A model generated the notes under the pieces. That model did no database searches. It was given only the letters and a program-made list of their open reading frames with translations, and was not told the DNA's origin. The position numbers and the translations under genes were made by a program. Of a stretch of DNA of 64,000 nucleotides, positions 1 through 9,852 are shown in pieces. This DNA comes from Armatimonadota bacterium. Lineage in GTDB: Bacteria; Armatimonadota; UBA10988. Positions within the stretch are counted from its first letter, which is position 1. Each line of letters begins with the position of its first letter. The stretch lies in assembly GCA_016235455.1 (NCBI GenBank), contig JACRKZ010000018.1:32001-96000 (forward strand), read 5' to 3'.

Positions 1-3000
1 CTTGGCCGGATACAGCGTGGACAGGAAGACCACACCGATGACCACGAAGGTCGACCAGATGGCGGCCAGCGATGAGTAGTTCAACGACAGGCCCTGCAGG
101 AGGTTGAACTGGCCTAAGAGGAAGGACAGCACCTGCCCCATCAGGTACCCCAGGATGGCGCCGATGATCGAGTAGACCAGCGCCTCCGCGAGGAACAGGA
201 TGGCCACGTGCGACGGCGCGAGGCCAATCGACGAGAAGATGCCGATCTCGGAGAACCGTTCGTAGACCGCTCCAAGCATGGTGTTGAGCACGATGAGCGC
301 GGCGATGGCGATGGGCACCAGCAGGTCCGCCAGACCCGACACCGAGGTCGAGGACACCGAGCTGTAGCGCACAATCTCGTCGCCGCGACCCGCGTAGAGG
401 TTAAAGCCCAGGCGCGGCATCAGCTCCGCCAGGCGCTTCTTCACACTCTCCACGTTGCTGAAGTCGGTCGTGATGGAGCGCAGCGAGCCACCCATGTTGA
501 TCAGTGTGTCGAACGGCACGAAGACTGTGGCGTCCGGCGTCAGGTGCAGGTACTCCTGGAAGCCCTGCTCGCCCTCACCGCTGCCACCGCCGCCGCCGGC
601 GCCCTGCTGGCCCTGCATCTGCTGCATCATGATGAAGTCGACCGGCGTGATCATCTCGCCGTCGAGGTCGTCGATCTGCTTCAGGCGCGCGTTGTCGAAG
701 ATGCCCACCAACTGGAACTCAACGCCGTTGATGCGGATCTTGGTGGTGCCAATGTCCTTCTCATCGAGGTTGAACGCATCAGCGATGCCTTCGGGCAGCA
801 CGCACGAGTAGACGTCCGCCTTGGTGAACCAGCGCCCATGCTTGAGTGCCTTGTCGATCTGCGTGACCTTGGACTCCTCGGGGGTCAAACCACACAGCGC
901 CTTGGCGTCGTAGCCGGCGTTCGACTTGTTGGACGTGATGGACACGAAGCTCTGCTCGCCCAGCTCGGAGGTGTAGAACCACGAGCGGCCGGCGACAGCG
1001 TGGTCCTGGCCAAACTCGTCCTTGAGCAGCGTGTAGCCCTGCTCCTCGAGCGGTCGCCAGGTGGCGCTGCGGACCATGATGCCCTGGTAGCCCGGCTTGC
1101 CGGGCGCCCTGACAGTGTTGAACCGCAACTGCTGCACCACGGAGGTGAACGACAGCACGGTGAAGGTCAGCAGCACCAGCGTGGAGCAGGTCAGCGCGGT
1201 GCGCAGCGGGCGACGCCGCATGTTGCTGATGCCCAGGTTGAAGGCCGCGGTAGTCACGCCCAGCCGGCCGATGTCGGCGCTATGCGTGCCGCCCATCTGC
1301 CGCTGGAGTTCCTTGAGTTGCTCCTCGAACTTGCCCGCAATGATGAAGATCACCAACAGGCTCAGCGCGAGCATGATGAAGGCCAGCAGGATGATCACCG
1401 GGTTCATGGTGATCTTGAAGGCCGGATGGACCCGGCTGAAGACGAGGAACACGAACGCGAAGATGAGCACCATCTCGCGGATCTGCCGGTTGATCTGCGG
1501 CCGCGCAAAGAGCAGACGCTCGGCGAAGAAGGCGAACGGCAGGAGCAGCGCCAGGTAGAAGATGACACCCTTGACCACATCGTCGGCGGTCTTCTGCACG
1601 TCCGGATAGGCGCGCGCCTCAAAGCCGTGCGCGGCGCGCGCCGAGGCCTCGAAGTCCTGGAAACGCCGCTCCGCGAGCGCGGTGCGGGCCACCTTCAGTC
1701 GGTCGGCGGCCTGCTTGTGCAGGTCGTCGATCTGCTGGTTGACGATGCGGAAGCGCCGCAACTGGCTGATGCGGAACTCGTCGAGATTCCACATGTCCGT
1801 CGCGGTCATGTATGGCGTGTAGTAGACGGCGCGCGAGATGCGATCCTCGGTGGTACCGATCTTGTCCTTGGGCAGGAACACGCCCGTGCCCGCGCCGAGC
1901 ACTTCGTAGCCGAAGCCCTCGGCCGCGTCGCGGTCGTTGGCCACCTTGGGGAAGCGGTCGGGCTGGTTGGGCACCTGGCCCTTCTTGGCGTAGCTGTTGA
2001 TCAGGATGAACCGCTTGCTGGCCAGGCCAGAACCCATCACCACTTTGAAGCGGCTGCCCGGCCGGGAGAACACGACGGCGGTCGTCTCCACGTGCGACTG
2101 ACCTGGTTCAGGTTTGACCAGGCAGAATCCGTACTGCTGCGGCTCGCTGTCGGTGCGCCCGTCGTAGACGCTGAGCGTCTTGAGCGCCTCCATGGTCTGG
2201 GGGTCGACGAGTTCGAACAGCGCGGTGGAGACACACTGGAAGACCACCACGGTAGCGTCGCGCCGCGCGATGTCGACGGTCACCTCGGTTGGGTAGGCAG
2301 CCGCGCCGTTGGTGCCTTTGTCGGGGGCATAGCGGATCTGACCGCTCTGCGGGTCAAGCGCATAGGCCTCGAGCAGGCCGATCTTCTCGCCGCCGGCCGA
2401 TGCGGGCTTGACGCCGACGAACTTGAACAGCGACTCGCTGCCCTCGACCATCTCCACCATGTTGCCGCGCACACCCATATAGGACTTGGACGGTGTGCGC
2501 AGCACGGCCAGCGCGTTGGGCACGGCCTTGTCCGGAATGAAGCTCTCGCGCGGGTCGAACAGCGCCACGCGGCCGCCAATGGTGGCGAAGCCGCCCTGGC
2601 CGTGGATGCGCTGCAGATCGCTGCGGTCGGGCACCGGCACCTGCTCCTCGTTGAGCACGATGTCGTACATGCACTTGAGGAAGCGCGCCTGTTTGAAGAC
2701 GTTGTCGAAGTCGACGCGGTCCACGGTGTCGAAGGGCGTGTCGACCAGCGGCCGCGAGTCGTCGATGGTGCAGAAGGCGACGCCGAGGCCGTTGGCGCTG
2801 GTGAACAGCTCACTGCCGAAGGCCACCTTACCTGGGATGAAGTTGGCCCAGGTCTTGCCCTGCACGGGGTTGATGCCGTCGGCGAACGACTCGTCGGGGT
2901 TCTCGCCGAGCGCCTCGGCCACGTTCTGCGCGCGTTCGCGGCAGACCCGGCCCAGATCGGCGAAGCGCTGGCGCACATCGTCGCGCTGGTCGAAGAAGTG

Positions 3001-4116
3001 ACCCTTGTAGAACAGGCCGACGCCCTTGGTCTTCGAGGCGATATCCAGACTCGAGTACAAGGAGATCGGATCGCTACCGTCGGAGATGGACTGGAAGTGC
3101 TGGTCCAGATACTGTCTGGTACCCGCCAGCGCCTGGAAGTGGCCGGCGGTGAGCAGCAGCCTCACGCTCCGCGCGGGCGGCCGGGCCACGAATTCGCGCG
3201 CCAGTTCCAACAGCACCGCGGCGCCGAGCGCCGACTCCGCGCCGGGCGCCAGGCTGGGCACCACGGAGATGGAGTCGTAGAAGGCCTCGATGACCACCGT
3301 CTGCCCGGCGAGCTGGGGGCTCGAGCCGGGGATGTTGGCCACGATGTTGCGCACCGGCCGGCGCATCCACGGCATCTCGGAGCGCAGCCGCACGCGCAGG
3401 CCAGGCTGGTGCTCCAAGCGGGTCTGCAGCAGGTCGGCATCACGCCGGGCAATGTAGAAGCGCGGCATGTCGATGGGGATGGACGAGAACTTGGCCTCGA
3501 CCTCACCACGAATGGTGTCGGCCGGCTCGACGAAGATGATGGCCTGCGCGCCCAGTCGTGGTGCGTTGAGCCAATCGCTGCCGCAGTTGAACTCGATCAG
3601 CGCGATGCCGTTCTCGATGGCCGTGCCGTCGTAGTCGCGCAGCTTGCTCATGCCGCCGTAGACCAACTGCGAGGTCAGTCCGGTAGGCGGCAACTGGCTG
3701 GTGCGCACCAGGTTGGGCCACATCGAGTGCAACGGCAAGGGCTTGCCCACGGGCCGGCCTTGCGCGTCCAGCACGTCCAGGCTGGCGCCGGCGTCGACCG
3801 GCACGGTGACCGAGAAGTCCTCGTAGCGGACGTCCTGCACACCGATCTGCTCAAGCTGCTCGCGCAGATAGATGGCGGCCTGGTCACAGCCGGGGTAGCC
3901 GCTGACCCGCGAGCCAAGCTTGACCAGCTCCTCGACGTAGCCGCGCAGGCGCTGCTCATCGAGCCCGCCGGCCAGGCGCGTGAAACGTGCACGGTCGCCC
4001 GCGGTCACCGCGGCAACCTGCGCGCTCGCCTGCTCGGCGTGCGACAGCGCAACGAGGATTGCACACAACCCGACCAGCACCACCCGGTAGCGGGGCCAAC
4101 GGAGCGTCACCGTCAT
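1..4116 (-). CDS. Large M28-peptidase-like / MacB-FtsX ABC permease fusion (>1372 aa, 3' end outside window)
   Basis: Not in ORF track because its stop lies outside the window. ATG at 4116 is in frame with the segments translated by hand down to base 1. Signal peptide MTVTLRWPRYRVVLVGLCAILVAL; M28-like VIEAFYDS..PGAESALGAAVLLELAR; MacB-like SNMRRRPLRTALT; FtsX motif VLNTMLGAVYERFSEIGIFSSIGLAPSHVAILFLAEALVYSIIGAILGY. Confidence 0.9.
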   Translation of the reverse strand, partial: MTVTLRWPRYRVVLVGLCAILVALSHAEQASAQVAAVTAGDRARFTRLAGGLDEQRLRGYVEELVKLGSRVSGYPGCDQAAIYLREQLEQIGVQDVRYEDFSVTVPVDAGASLDVLDAQGRPVGKPLPLHSMWPNLVRTSQLPPTGLTSQLVYGGMSKLRDYDGTAIENGIALIEFNCGSDWLNAPRLGAQAIIFVEPADTIRGEVEAKFSSIPIDMPRFYIARRDADLLQTRLEHQPGLRVRLRSEMPWMRRPVRNIVANIPGSSPQLAGQTVVIEAFYDSISVVPSLAPGAESALGAAVLLELAREFVARPPARSVRLLLTAGHFQALAGTRQYLDQHFQSISDGSDPISLYSSLDIASKTKGVGLFYKGHFFDQRDDVRQRFADLGRVCRERAQNVAEALGENPDESFADGINPVQGKTWANFIPGKVAFGSELFTSANGLGVAFCTIDDSRPLVDTPFDTVDRVDFDNVFKQARFLKCMYDIVLNEEQVPVPDRSDLQRIHGQGGFATIGGRVALFDPRESFIPDKAVPNALAVLRTPSKSYMGVRGNMVEMVEGSESLFKFVGVKPASAGGEKIGLLEAYALDPQSGQIRYAPDKGTNGAAAYPTEVTVDIARRDATVVVFQCVSTALFELVDPQTMEALKTLSVYDGRTDSEPQQYGFCLVKPEPGQSHVETTAVVFSRPGSRFKVVMGSGLASKRFILINSYAKKGQVPNQPDRFPKVANDRDAAEGFGYEVLGAGTGVFLPKDKIGTTEDRISRAVYYTPYMTATDMWNLDEFRISQLRRFRIVNQQIDDLHKQAADRLKVARTALAERRFQDFEASARAAHGFEARAYPDVQKTADDVVKGVIFYLALLLPFAFFAERLLFARPQINRQIREMVLIFAFVFLVFSRVHPAFKITMNPVIILLAFIMLALSLLVIFIIAGKFEEQLKELQRQMGGTHSADIGRLGVTTAAFNLGISNMRRRPLRTALTCSTLVLLTFTVLSFTSVVQQLRFNTVRAPGKPGYQGIMVRSATWRPLEEQGYTLLKDEFGQDHAVAGRSWFYTSELGEQSFVSITSNKSNAGYDAKALCGLTPEESKVTQIDKALKHGRWFTKADVYSCVLPEGIADAFNLDEKDIGTTKIRINGVEFQLVGIFDNARLKQIDDLDGEMITPVDFIMMQQMQGQQGAGGGGGSGEGEQGFQEYLHLTPDATVFVPFDTLINMGGSLRSITTDFSNVESVKKRLAELMPRLGFNLYAGRGDEIVRYSSVSSTSVSGLADLLVPIAIAALIVLNTMLGAVYERFSEIGIFSSIGLAPSHVAILFLAEALVYSIIGAILGYLMGQVLSFLLGQFNLLQGLSLNYSSLAAIWSTFVVIGVVFLSTLYPAK

Positions 4117-4763
4117 GGGGCCATTTCCCTGTTCACAGAGCAAGCTGGAGCCACGCAAGGGTGGCCGCCGAGGAAGGGGCTCTGACGAACGGCGCGACTG
4201 TAGCAGAAATCAAACGCCGCGTCAACCACGCTCCAAACCTCCTCGGGCCCGCTTGTCAGGCGGGATTGGCACCCCGCGGGCCATGGCTTTGGGCTCGCGT
4301 CGTTCACCATATTCACCGGTTTGCCCAGGACTCCTTCTGGCGCTTGGGAACCATGGTCGAGTCGCCGCGCGTTTGGGGGTCGCGCCACGGAGTCGTCGGC
4401 ATGGCAGACCCAGGGGAGCACGCCGTAGTCGAGGCCAACGGCCTCGGCGGCGGCTCCGCTGTTTGCTTCGGTCTCTGGATGGGGCGGCCCTTGTGGGCGG
4501 CGGCCGAGGCCACGGGTGCCTGGTTGCGTGGCGGCGCCACAAGGCACAGGCGGCGTTGCTGGGCGGGCTGGTGCCTTTGCCGTCCGCCTGGGGGCTGTCG
4601 CCGTGGCTCGCCGCGGTCAGTCGAAGCGACTGCGTACCGCCCGCGGCATGCGCGCTGGCGCAGGTCGTTGGCGATCTTGGCTGGACACCGCGCAGTCCCG
4701 ATGATGTACACTTAGGATCGGTCGGCAGTGGAGCCCGCCGCCGGCCTGTCTGGGGTGAACGCC

Positions 4764-6035
4764 ATGACTTACCAAGAGCTCTACGATGCCGGTTTGGCCG
4801 CGCTACGCGCGCAGCGCGCGGCGGAAGCCGTTGCGCCGTTGACCGAATGCACGCAATTGGCCCCCGAGCAGCCCGACGCCTGGTTGTTCCTCGGCGTGGC
4901 GCACGGCATGTTGGACAGCGTCGACGAGGCACGCGCCGCACTGGAGCACGCCGGTGAGCTGGCGCCCAACGATGCGCGCGTGCTCTACAACCTGGGCCGG
5001 CTGGCGCAGCGCTCAGGCGACTTCGATGCGGCACGCGATCAGCTGCGGCGCTGTCTGGCACTCGACCCGTCCAACCAGCGGGCCCGCGAGGCGCTGGCCA
5101 GCGTGGAGCCGGCCAACCTGGGCGAGCCGGCCCAGCCCGACCAAGTCATCCGGCCGACGCGGCCCGAGGGGTTGGGCCCGCTGGCTGGCTGGGTGGAGAT
5201 GCCGGCCCTCGATGGCCGCGCGGTGCTGCGCATGATGCCCGTGCTGGCCGTCGCGGTCGGCGTCGTCTCCGCCATCGACTCGTTCGCCGCCGCGGCCGCG
5301 GGCGGCTTCCGCGTGACCAGCCTCCAGCTGGCGCTGGGCACCGCGGCGTTCGTCGTGCTGCTGCAACCGATCTTGGCGGGCCTCCTGGGCGCCGCGTGCG
5401 CCAAGACCTATACGTTCTTCGCCCAACGTTTCACCGCGCCGCGGATGAGGCTGGAGCAGGTCGCCGGCAAGCAGCGCCTGGTCGAGATCGACCCGATGAG
5501 CGCCGGCCGCGCCATGCTCTGGTGGTCGGTGCCGTCGCTGATCCTGATGTGCCTCGTGATGGTGGCCATGGTCCCGTACTTCGCGTCGGCGGCCTCCACG
5601 GCCTCCCGTGCGGCCGTGACCACGACGGGTGTACTGCTGGGTGCCGTGATCGGCGTTGTCTTCGCCCTGCCCATCTCGGCCATCATCCTCTATGTCCTGG
5701 GCCTGATTGGCGGGCTCATCTACAACCTGGTGGCCACCTACACCGGTGGCATCGAGGCTGCTTTCACGCCGCGCGGCGCCGAGATCGAGGCGACCGACGT
5801 GTCCTGGCAGCCCACGGCCAGCACCCTGTTCTGGTGCAATGTCCCACTGATGGGCCTGATGCTGGCCGCGATGGCCATGACGGCAGCCATGCCGGCCACC
5901 GGCTCCGCCGGGGCGGCGGGTCATCTGGCCAACTGCGTGACCCTGGCGCTGTCGCCGTTCGTGCGGGTCGCGGCTTACCGCAAGGCCCAGCCGTCGATCG
6001 GCGGCTTCCGCTTCATCGTCCGTCCGCTCGACTGA
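4764..6035 (+). CDS. TPR-repeat protein with multi-pass membrane C-terminus
   Basis: TPR motifs (PDAWLFLGVAHG, PNDARVLYNLGRLA, CLALDPSN) followed by hydrophobic helices; ATG at 4764. Confidence 0.8.
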   Translation: MTYQELYDAGLAALRAQRAAEAVAPLTECTQLAPEQPDAWLFLGVAHGMLDSVDEARAALEHAGELAPNDARVLYNLGRLAQRSGDFDAARDQLRRCLALDPSNQRAREALASVEPANLGEPAQPDQVIRPTRPEGLGPLAGWVEMPALDGRAVLRMMPVLAVAVGVVSAIDSFAAAAAGGFRVTSLQLALGTAAFVVLLQPILAGLLGAACAKTYTFFAQRFTAPRMRLEQVAGKQRLVEIDPMSAGRAMLWWSVPSLILMCLVMVAMVPYFASAASTASRAAVTTTGVLLGAVIGVVFALPISAIILYVLGLIGGLIYNLVATYTGGIEAAFTPRGAEIEATDVSWQPTASTLFWCNVPLMGLMLAAMAMTAAMPATGSAGAAGHLANCVTLALSPFVRVAAYRKAQPSIGGFRFIVRPLD

Positions 6036-6049
6036 CCCGAGGAGTCTCC

Positions 6050-7495
6050 ATGGGCGACCAACTCACCCGCGGGCTCGAAGCCGCGCTGACCTCCGGTGCG
6101 TCGTATGCCGACGCACGCCTGCTCACCGTGGATACCGAATACCTGGCCGCGCGGCGTGGCCAGGTGGCCGCGGTGCATCGCGAAGAGGAGACCGGCCTGT
6201 CGGTGCGCGTGCTGGTCGATGGCGCTTGGGGTTTCGGCTCCACCGCCGACCTGAGCAGCGACGGCGTGGCGCGCGCTGCGGCGTTCGCCGTGGCCAACGC
6301 CCGCGACACCGCGCGGCTGCGACTGGCGCCGGTGGAACTCGCGCCCGAGCCCGCGCTCACGGCCAGCTACGAGACGCCGTACCAACGCGATCCGACCAGC
6401 GTGCCGCTGACGGAGAAGCTCGACCTGCTGGTTGAGGTGGTGCGGCGCATGGAGGAGCATCCTGGCGTGGCCGTGGCCGATGCCTCCATGGAATTCCGCA
6501 CCGAGCGCCAGAGGCAGCTCACCAGCGAGGGCAGCGACCTGACGCAGACCATTCGCTTCGCCGGCGTGGGCATGGGCGCCACCTCGGTCGGGCCAGGCGG
6601 TGTGCAGCGGCGCAGCTACCCCAATTCCTGGGGACAGTACATTTCGGGCGGCTATGAACTGGTCGACGAGAGCGACCTGCCGAGTCACTGCGCTCGACTG
6701 GCCGCCGAGGCCGCCGCGCTGCAAGAGGCCGACGTCTGTCCCAGCGGCCGCTTCGACCTCATTCTGGACCCGCGGCAGCTCACGCTGCAGATCCATGAGA
6801 GCGTGGGCCACCCGCTGGAGCTCGACCGCGTGCTGGGCGGCGAGGCCAACTACGCGGGTACCAGCTTCGCCACACCCGAGAAGTTGGGCCACCTGCAGTA
6901 CGGCAGCCCGCTGGTCAACCTGACCGCCGACGCCACCTTGCCCCGCGGCGTGGCCACGTTCGGCTTCGATGATGAAGGCGTGGCGGCGCAGCGCTGGCCG
7001 CTGGTGGCGGACGGCGTTCTGGCCGGTTATCTGACCTCGCGCGAGTATGCAGGCGCCATCGGCGAGGCGCGCAGCCGCGGCGCCATGCGGGCCGACGGCT
7101 GGCACAACGCGCCGATCGTGCGCATGGTCAACATCAACCTGGAGCCCGGCCGCGAGGACCTGCTGCTCGATGACCTGATCGCCGACACCAAGCACGGCAT
7201 CTACATGAGCACGAACCGCTCGTGGAGCATCGACCAGCGCCGCGTCAACTTCCAGTTCGGCTGCGAGATCGCCTGGGAGATCCGCGACGGCAAGCTGGGC
7301 CGGATGTTGCGCAACCCCGTCTACCACGGGCTGACGACCGAGTTCTGGGGCAGCTGTGACGCCATCGCCGGGCCACGCGCCTGGGAACCTTGGGGCATCA
7401 ACAACTGCGGTAAGGGCCAACCTGGCCAGCGCGCCGAGATGACCCACGGGTCCAGTCCGACGCGCTTCCGGCAGGTGGCTTGCGGTACTGCTTAG
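6050..7495 (+). CDS. tldD: TldD/PmbA family metalloprotease (TldD-type)
   Basis: IHESVGHPLELDR (HExxxH), FDDEGV, NCGKGQPGQ; GGAG RBS before ATG 6050. Confidence 0.9.
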   Translation: MGDQLTRGLEAALTSGASYADARLLTVDTEYLAARRGQVAAVHREEETGLSVRVLVDGAWGFGSTADLSSDGVARAAAFAVANARDTARLRLAPVELAPEPALTASYETPYQRDPTSVPLTEKLDLLVEVVRRMEEHPGVAVADASMEFRTERQRQLTSEGSDLTQTIRFAGVGMGATSVGPGGVQRRSYPNSWGQYISGGYELVDESDLPSHCARLAAEAAALQEADVCPSGRFDLILDPRQLTLQIHESVGHPLELDRVLGGEANYAGTSFATPEKLGHLQYGSPLVNLTADATLPRGVATFGFDDEGVAAQRWPLVADGVLAGYLTSREYAGAIGEARSRGAMRADGWHNAPIVRMVNINLEPGREDLLLDDLIADTKHGIYMSTNRSWSIDQRRVNFQFGCEIAWEIRDGKLGRMLRNPVYHGLTTEFWGSCDAIAGPRAWEPWGINNCGKGQPGQRAEMTHGSSPTRFRQVACGTA

Positions 7496-7510
7496 GCGAG
7501 GAGACGCTTG

Positions 7511-8497
7511 ATGAAGTGTGCACGGTGGTTGCTCGTAGCGGTCTTGGCGGCGGCGATGGGCTCGGCGCAGGTGGACCAGCGCCCGGGCATCAATGGCGAG
7601 TTCGGCAAGTCGTACCACCTGGGCTCCGCTGACAATGGTATCGAGTTCACGCTCAAGAGCGTCGAGTACTCCGTCAGCCGCGCCAACGTGGGCGACACAT
7701 GCTACGCCTCGGACAAGGCCAGCCGGCTGATGATCATCCACTACTCAGCGCAGAACGCCACCAGGGACGACATGCAAACCGGCTCGCTGGTCACCTTCAC
7801 CGCGGTCACGGCCGAGAAGGAGAACCGCGAGATGCAGGTCTGGCCTGGCGTCGAGGGCACCAACCAGTACCTGCCCGACAACCTGAAGCCGGCCCAGCGT
7901 ATCGAGTGCTTCTCGGTGATCCCGGTGCCCGACAAGGATGTCGTGCCCAAGCTCATCGCCATGCGCACCGAGAACGACAACGTCATCCGCTATAGCCTCG
8001 ACGGCAAGATCAAGCCGCTGCCCGCCAAGTACGCCGATCCCGCCGACAAGACCGGCCTGACGCCACTCGAATCGCTGCCCGCCAAGGCCGGCGAGCTGAC
8101 GCCCATGGGTCCGTTCGACCTGCGCGTGGACAAGTGGGAGACGCTGACCGGCACCATCCCCGACAGCGACCTGGCCGATGGCTACTACTACTTCGCCGTG
8201 ACCGTCACGCTCAAGAACCAATCGAGGATCGATTACGGCGTCGATGCCAGCAACTGGGCGTCGCTCGTGACCGAGGACGACGCCAAGGTTGAGAATCCGC
8301 TGCTCGTCTCGGCAACGCGCCCCAAGATCGTGGAACTCGAAGTCAAGGCTGGTGCCGAGCTGACCGCGCGCCTGGTCTTCCAGGTCGAAAAGGACACCAA
8401 GGTCAAGTCCTTTGTGATGCACGGCCCGGTTGACCATGGCTTCGATTCCGAGAGCCGACCGGTGGTGGTCATGACCACGGAGGCGCCCAAGCCGTGA
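7511..8497 (+). CDS. Secreted protein with two DUF4352-like Ig-fold domains
   Basis: Signal peptide; two beta-rich repeats (SAQNAT..LKPAQRIEC..VIPVP and VTLKNQS..VKAGAELTARLVFQV). Confidence 0.65.
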   Translation: MKCARWLLVAVLAAAMGSAQVDQRPGINGEFGKSYHLGSADNGIEFTLKSVEYSVSRANVGDTCYASDKASRLMIIHYSAQNATRDDMQTGSLVTFTAVTAEKENREMQVWPGVEGTNQYLPDNLKPAQRIECFSVIPVPDKDVVPKLIAMRTENDNVIRYSLDGKIKPLPAKYADPADKTGLTPLESLPAKAGELTPMGPFDLRVDKWETLTGTIPDSDLADGYYYFAVTVTLKNQSRIDYGVDASNWASLVTEDDAKVENPLLVSATRPKIVELEVKAGAELTARLVFQVEKDTKVKSFVMHGPVDHGFDSESRPVVVMTTEAPKP

Positions 8498-9738
8498 CCG
8501 AAGAGCAGTTGCTGGACAGCGCCGAGGTGGTCTCGCGCCACCGCGCCGCGCTACAGCCGCACCTCGCGGAGTCACTGGCCTGCTTGCCGGACCTGCCGCG
8601 CTTCCTCGCGCCCGAGTTCGTGCTCTGGGCGCGCGAGTTCGCCGGCCTGCCAGCGGAGCTGGACGCACCGTTGACCGAGACAGCGCGGGCCATTGCCGGC
8701 CATGCCGGTCTGCGCGGGCTGATCTGGCATCAGAGCCGCCTGCTGTATGATCACCTGGACCACCCGACCGACGCCTGCGGTGGCTGGCCGACGTTCGAGC
8801 ATGTGCTGGGCGACCAGGCCGGACTGTACTACCTGATCCTCTGTTTCGAGGTGCTGCCGCGCATGGTCGAGCGGCATCGCGAACGCGGCATCCCCGAGTC
8901 AGTCTCGCGCGCCTGCTGCACCCACTTCCGCGAATCCCTGCGGCTGTACGGCCTGACTCGGGGCGGCGCGCTCGGCGTGTCGCCCCGAGTGCTGTTCTGG
9001 CTGCGCAACCATCTCGCCGGCCGGCTCATCACGCTCGGTCGGTTCGAATACATGGTGCGGCCCTTCACCGATCGCGCGCGTGTCTTCCGACGACGCGCGG
9101 ATGGCGCCGTGGTGGCATTGGACCGCGGCGGACAGTGGTTCAACGCACACGGTTACCTGGACGCTGGGGCCACCTCGGGCTGGCAGAGCGTCTACCAGGA
9201 GACCGAGTCCGCCTGGACCGGCACGCCGCTGCATCCCGCGGGGCATGCGCTGCCGGACCCGGTGTCGCTGGCCAAGGCGGAGTGGGACCTGGCCCTGGCG
9301 CCGGGCGAGCCGATCCTGGAAGTCCACATCCCCGCCGGCGGGCAGATGACCCTCGACCGCGCGCTGGACTCTATGCGTCAGGCGCCGCCGTTCTTCCGGC
9401 GGCACTTCGCCGATCAGCCGTTCCGCGGGTTCGGCACCTTCTCCTGGATCCTCGACCCCGAGATCCCGGTCTGGTACGGCCCCGAGACCAACATGGCACA
9501 GTGGGAACGGGAGTTGTATCTGTTCCCCTACCCCTCGAGCGGCCGCGATGGCCTGTACTTCGTGTTCGGCGAGGCGCCCATCGACCCGCCCAACCTGCCG
9601 CGCGACACCAGTCTGCGCCGCGCCGTACTCGACCGCCTCGCCGCGGGCGGCGGCATCCGCGCAGGGGGCATGTTCGTGCTGCTCGACGAGCTCGACGCGC
9701 TGGGCACGCAGCCCTATCGCCGCATCTGGCCATTCTGA
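8494..9738 (+). CDS. Acyltransferase-domain protein (DUF5596 / GNAT-like C-terminal)
   Basis: LGRFEY, LEVHIPAGG, FSWILDP, DTSLRRA motifs; GTGA overlap with the upstream gene. Confidence 0.7.
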   Translation: MTEEQLLDSAEVVSRHRAALQPHLAESLACLPDLPRFLAPEFVLWAREFAGLPAELDAPLTETARAIAGHAGLRGLIWHQSRLLYDHLDHPTDACGGWPTFEHVLGDQAGLYYLILCFEVLPRMVERHRERGIPESVSRACCTHFRESLRLYGLTRGGALGVSPRVLFWLRNHLAGRLITLGRFEYMVRPFTDRARVFRRRADGAVVALDRGGQWFNAHGYLDAGATSGWQSVYQETESAWTGTPLHPAGHALPDPVSLAKAEWDLALAPGEPILEVHIPAGGQMTLDRALDSMRQAPPFFRRHFADQPFRGFGTFSWILDPEIPVWYGPETNMAQWERELYLFPYPSSGRDGLYFVFGEAPIDPPNLPRDTSLRRAVLDRLAAGGGIRAGGMFVLLDELDALGTQPYRRIWPF

Positions 9739-9743
9739 AACCG

Positions 9744-9849
9744 GATGAGGGCCGAAGGCCCGGCGCCATACCAGCCCAGGGCAACGGCCTGGGTACGCGC
9801 GTGAGGCGTCGCCTCACGCTGGTATGACACCGGGCCTTCGGCCCTCATC
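9744..9849. repeat. 32-bp inverted repeat enclosing two internal hairpins (REP/REPIN-like, likely terminator or stabiliser)
   Basis: Arms 9744-9775 and 9818-9849 with 2 mismatches; inner hairpins CCCAGG/CCTGGG and GCGTGAGGC/GCCTCACGC; lies between convergent genes. Confidence 0.85.
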
Positions 9850-9852
9850 GGA

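Noticed and set aside
208-4185. 1325-aa plus-strand ORF
   Set aside because: Antisense shadow of the real minus-strand M28/FtsX gene; typical of high-GC codon bias and has no motifs.
4117-4763. Long intergenic region with several 130-280 aa ORFs, possible ncRNA
   Set aside because: The ORFs are Arg/Pro/Ala-rich without motifs, and no riboswitch or RNA gene consensus was recognised.
5396-6049. N-terminal extension of tldD in the ORF track
   Set aside because: It overlaps the TPR gene; the real start is the ATG at 6050 with an RBS.
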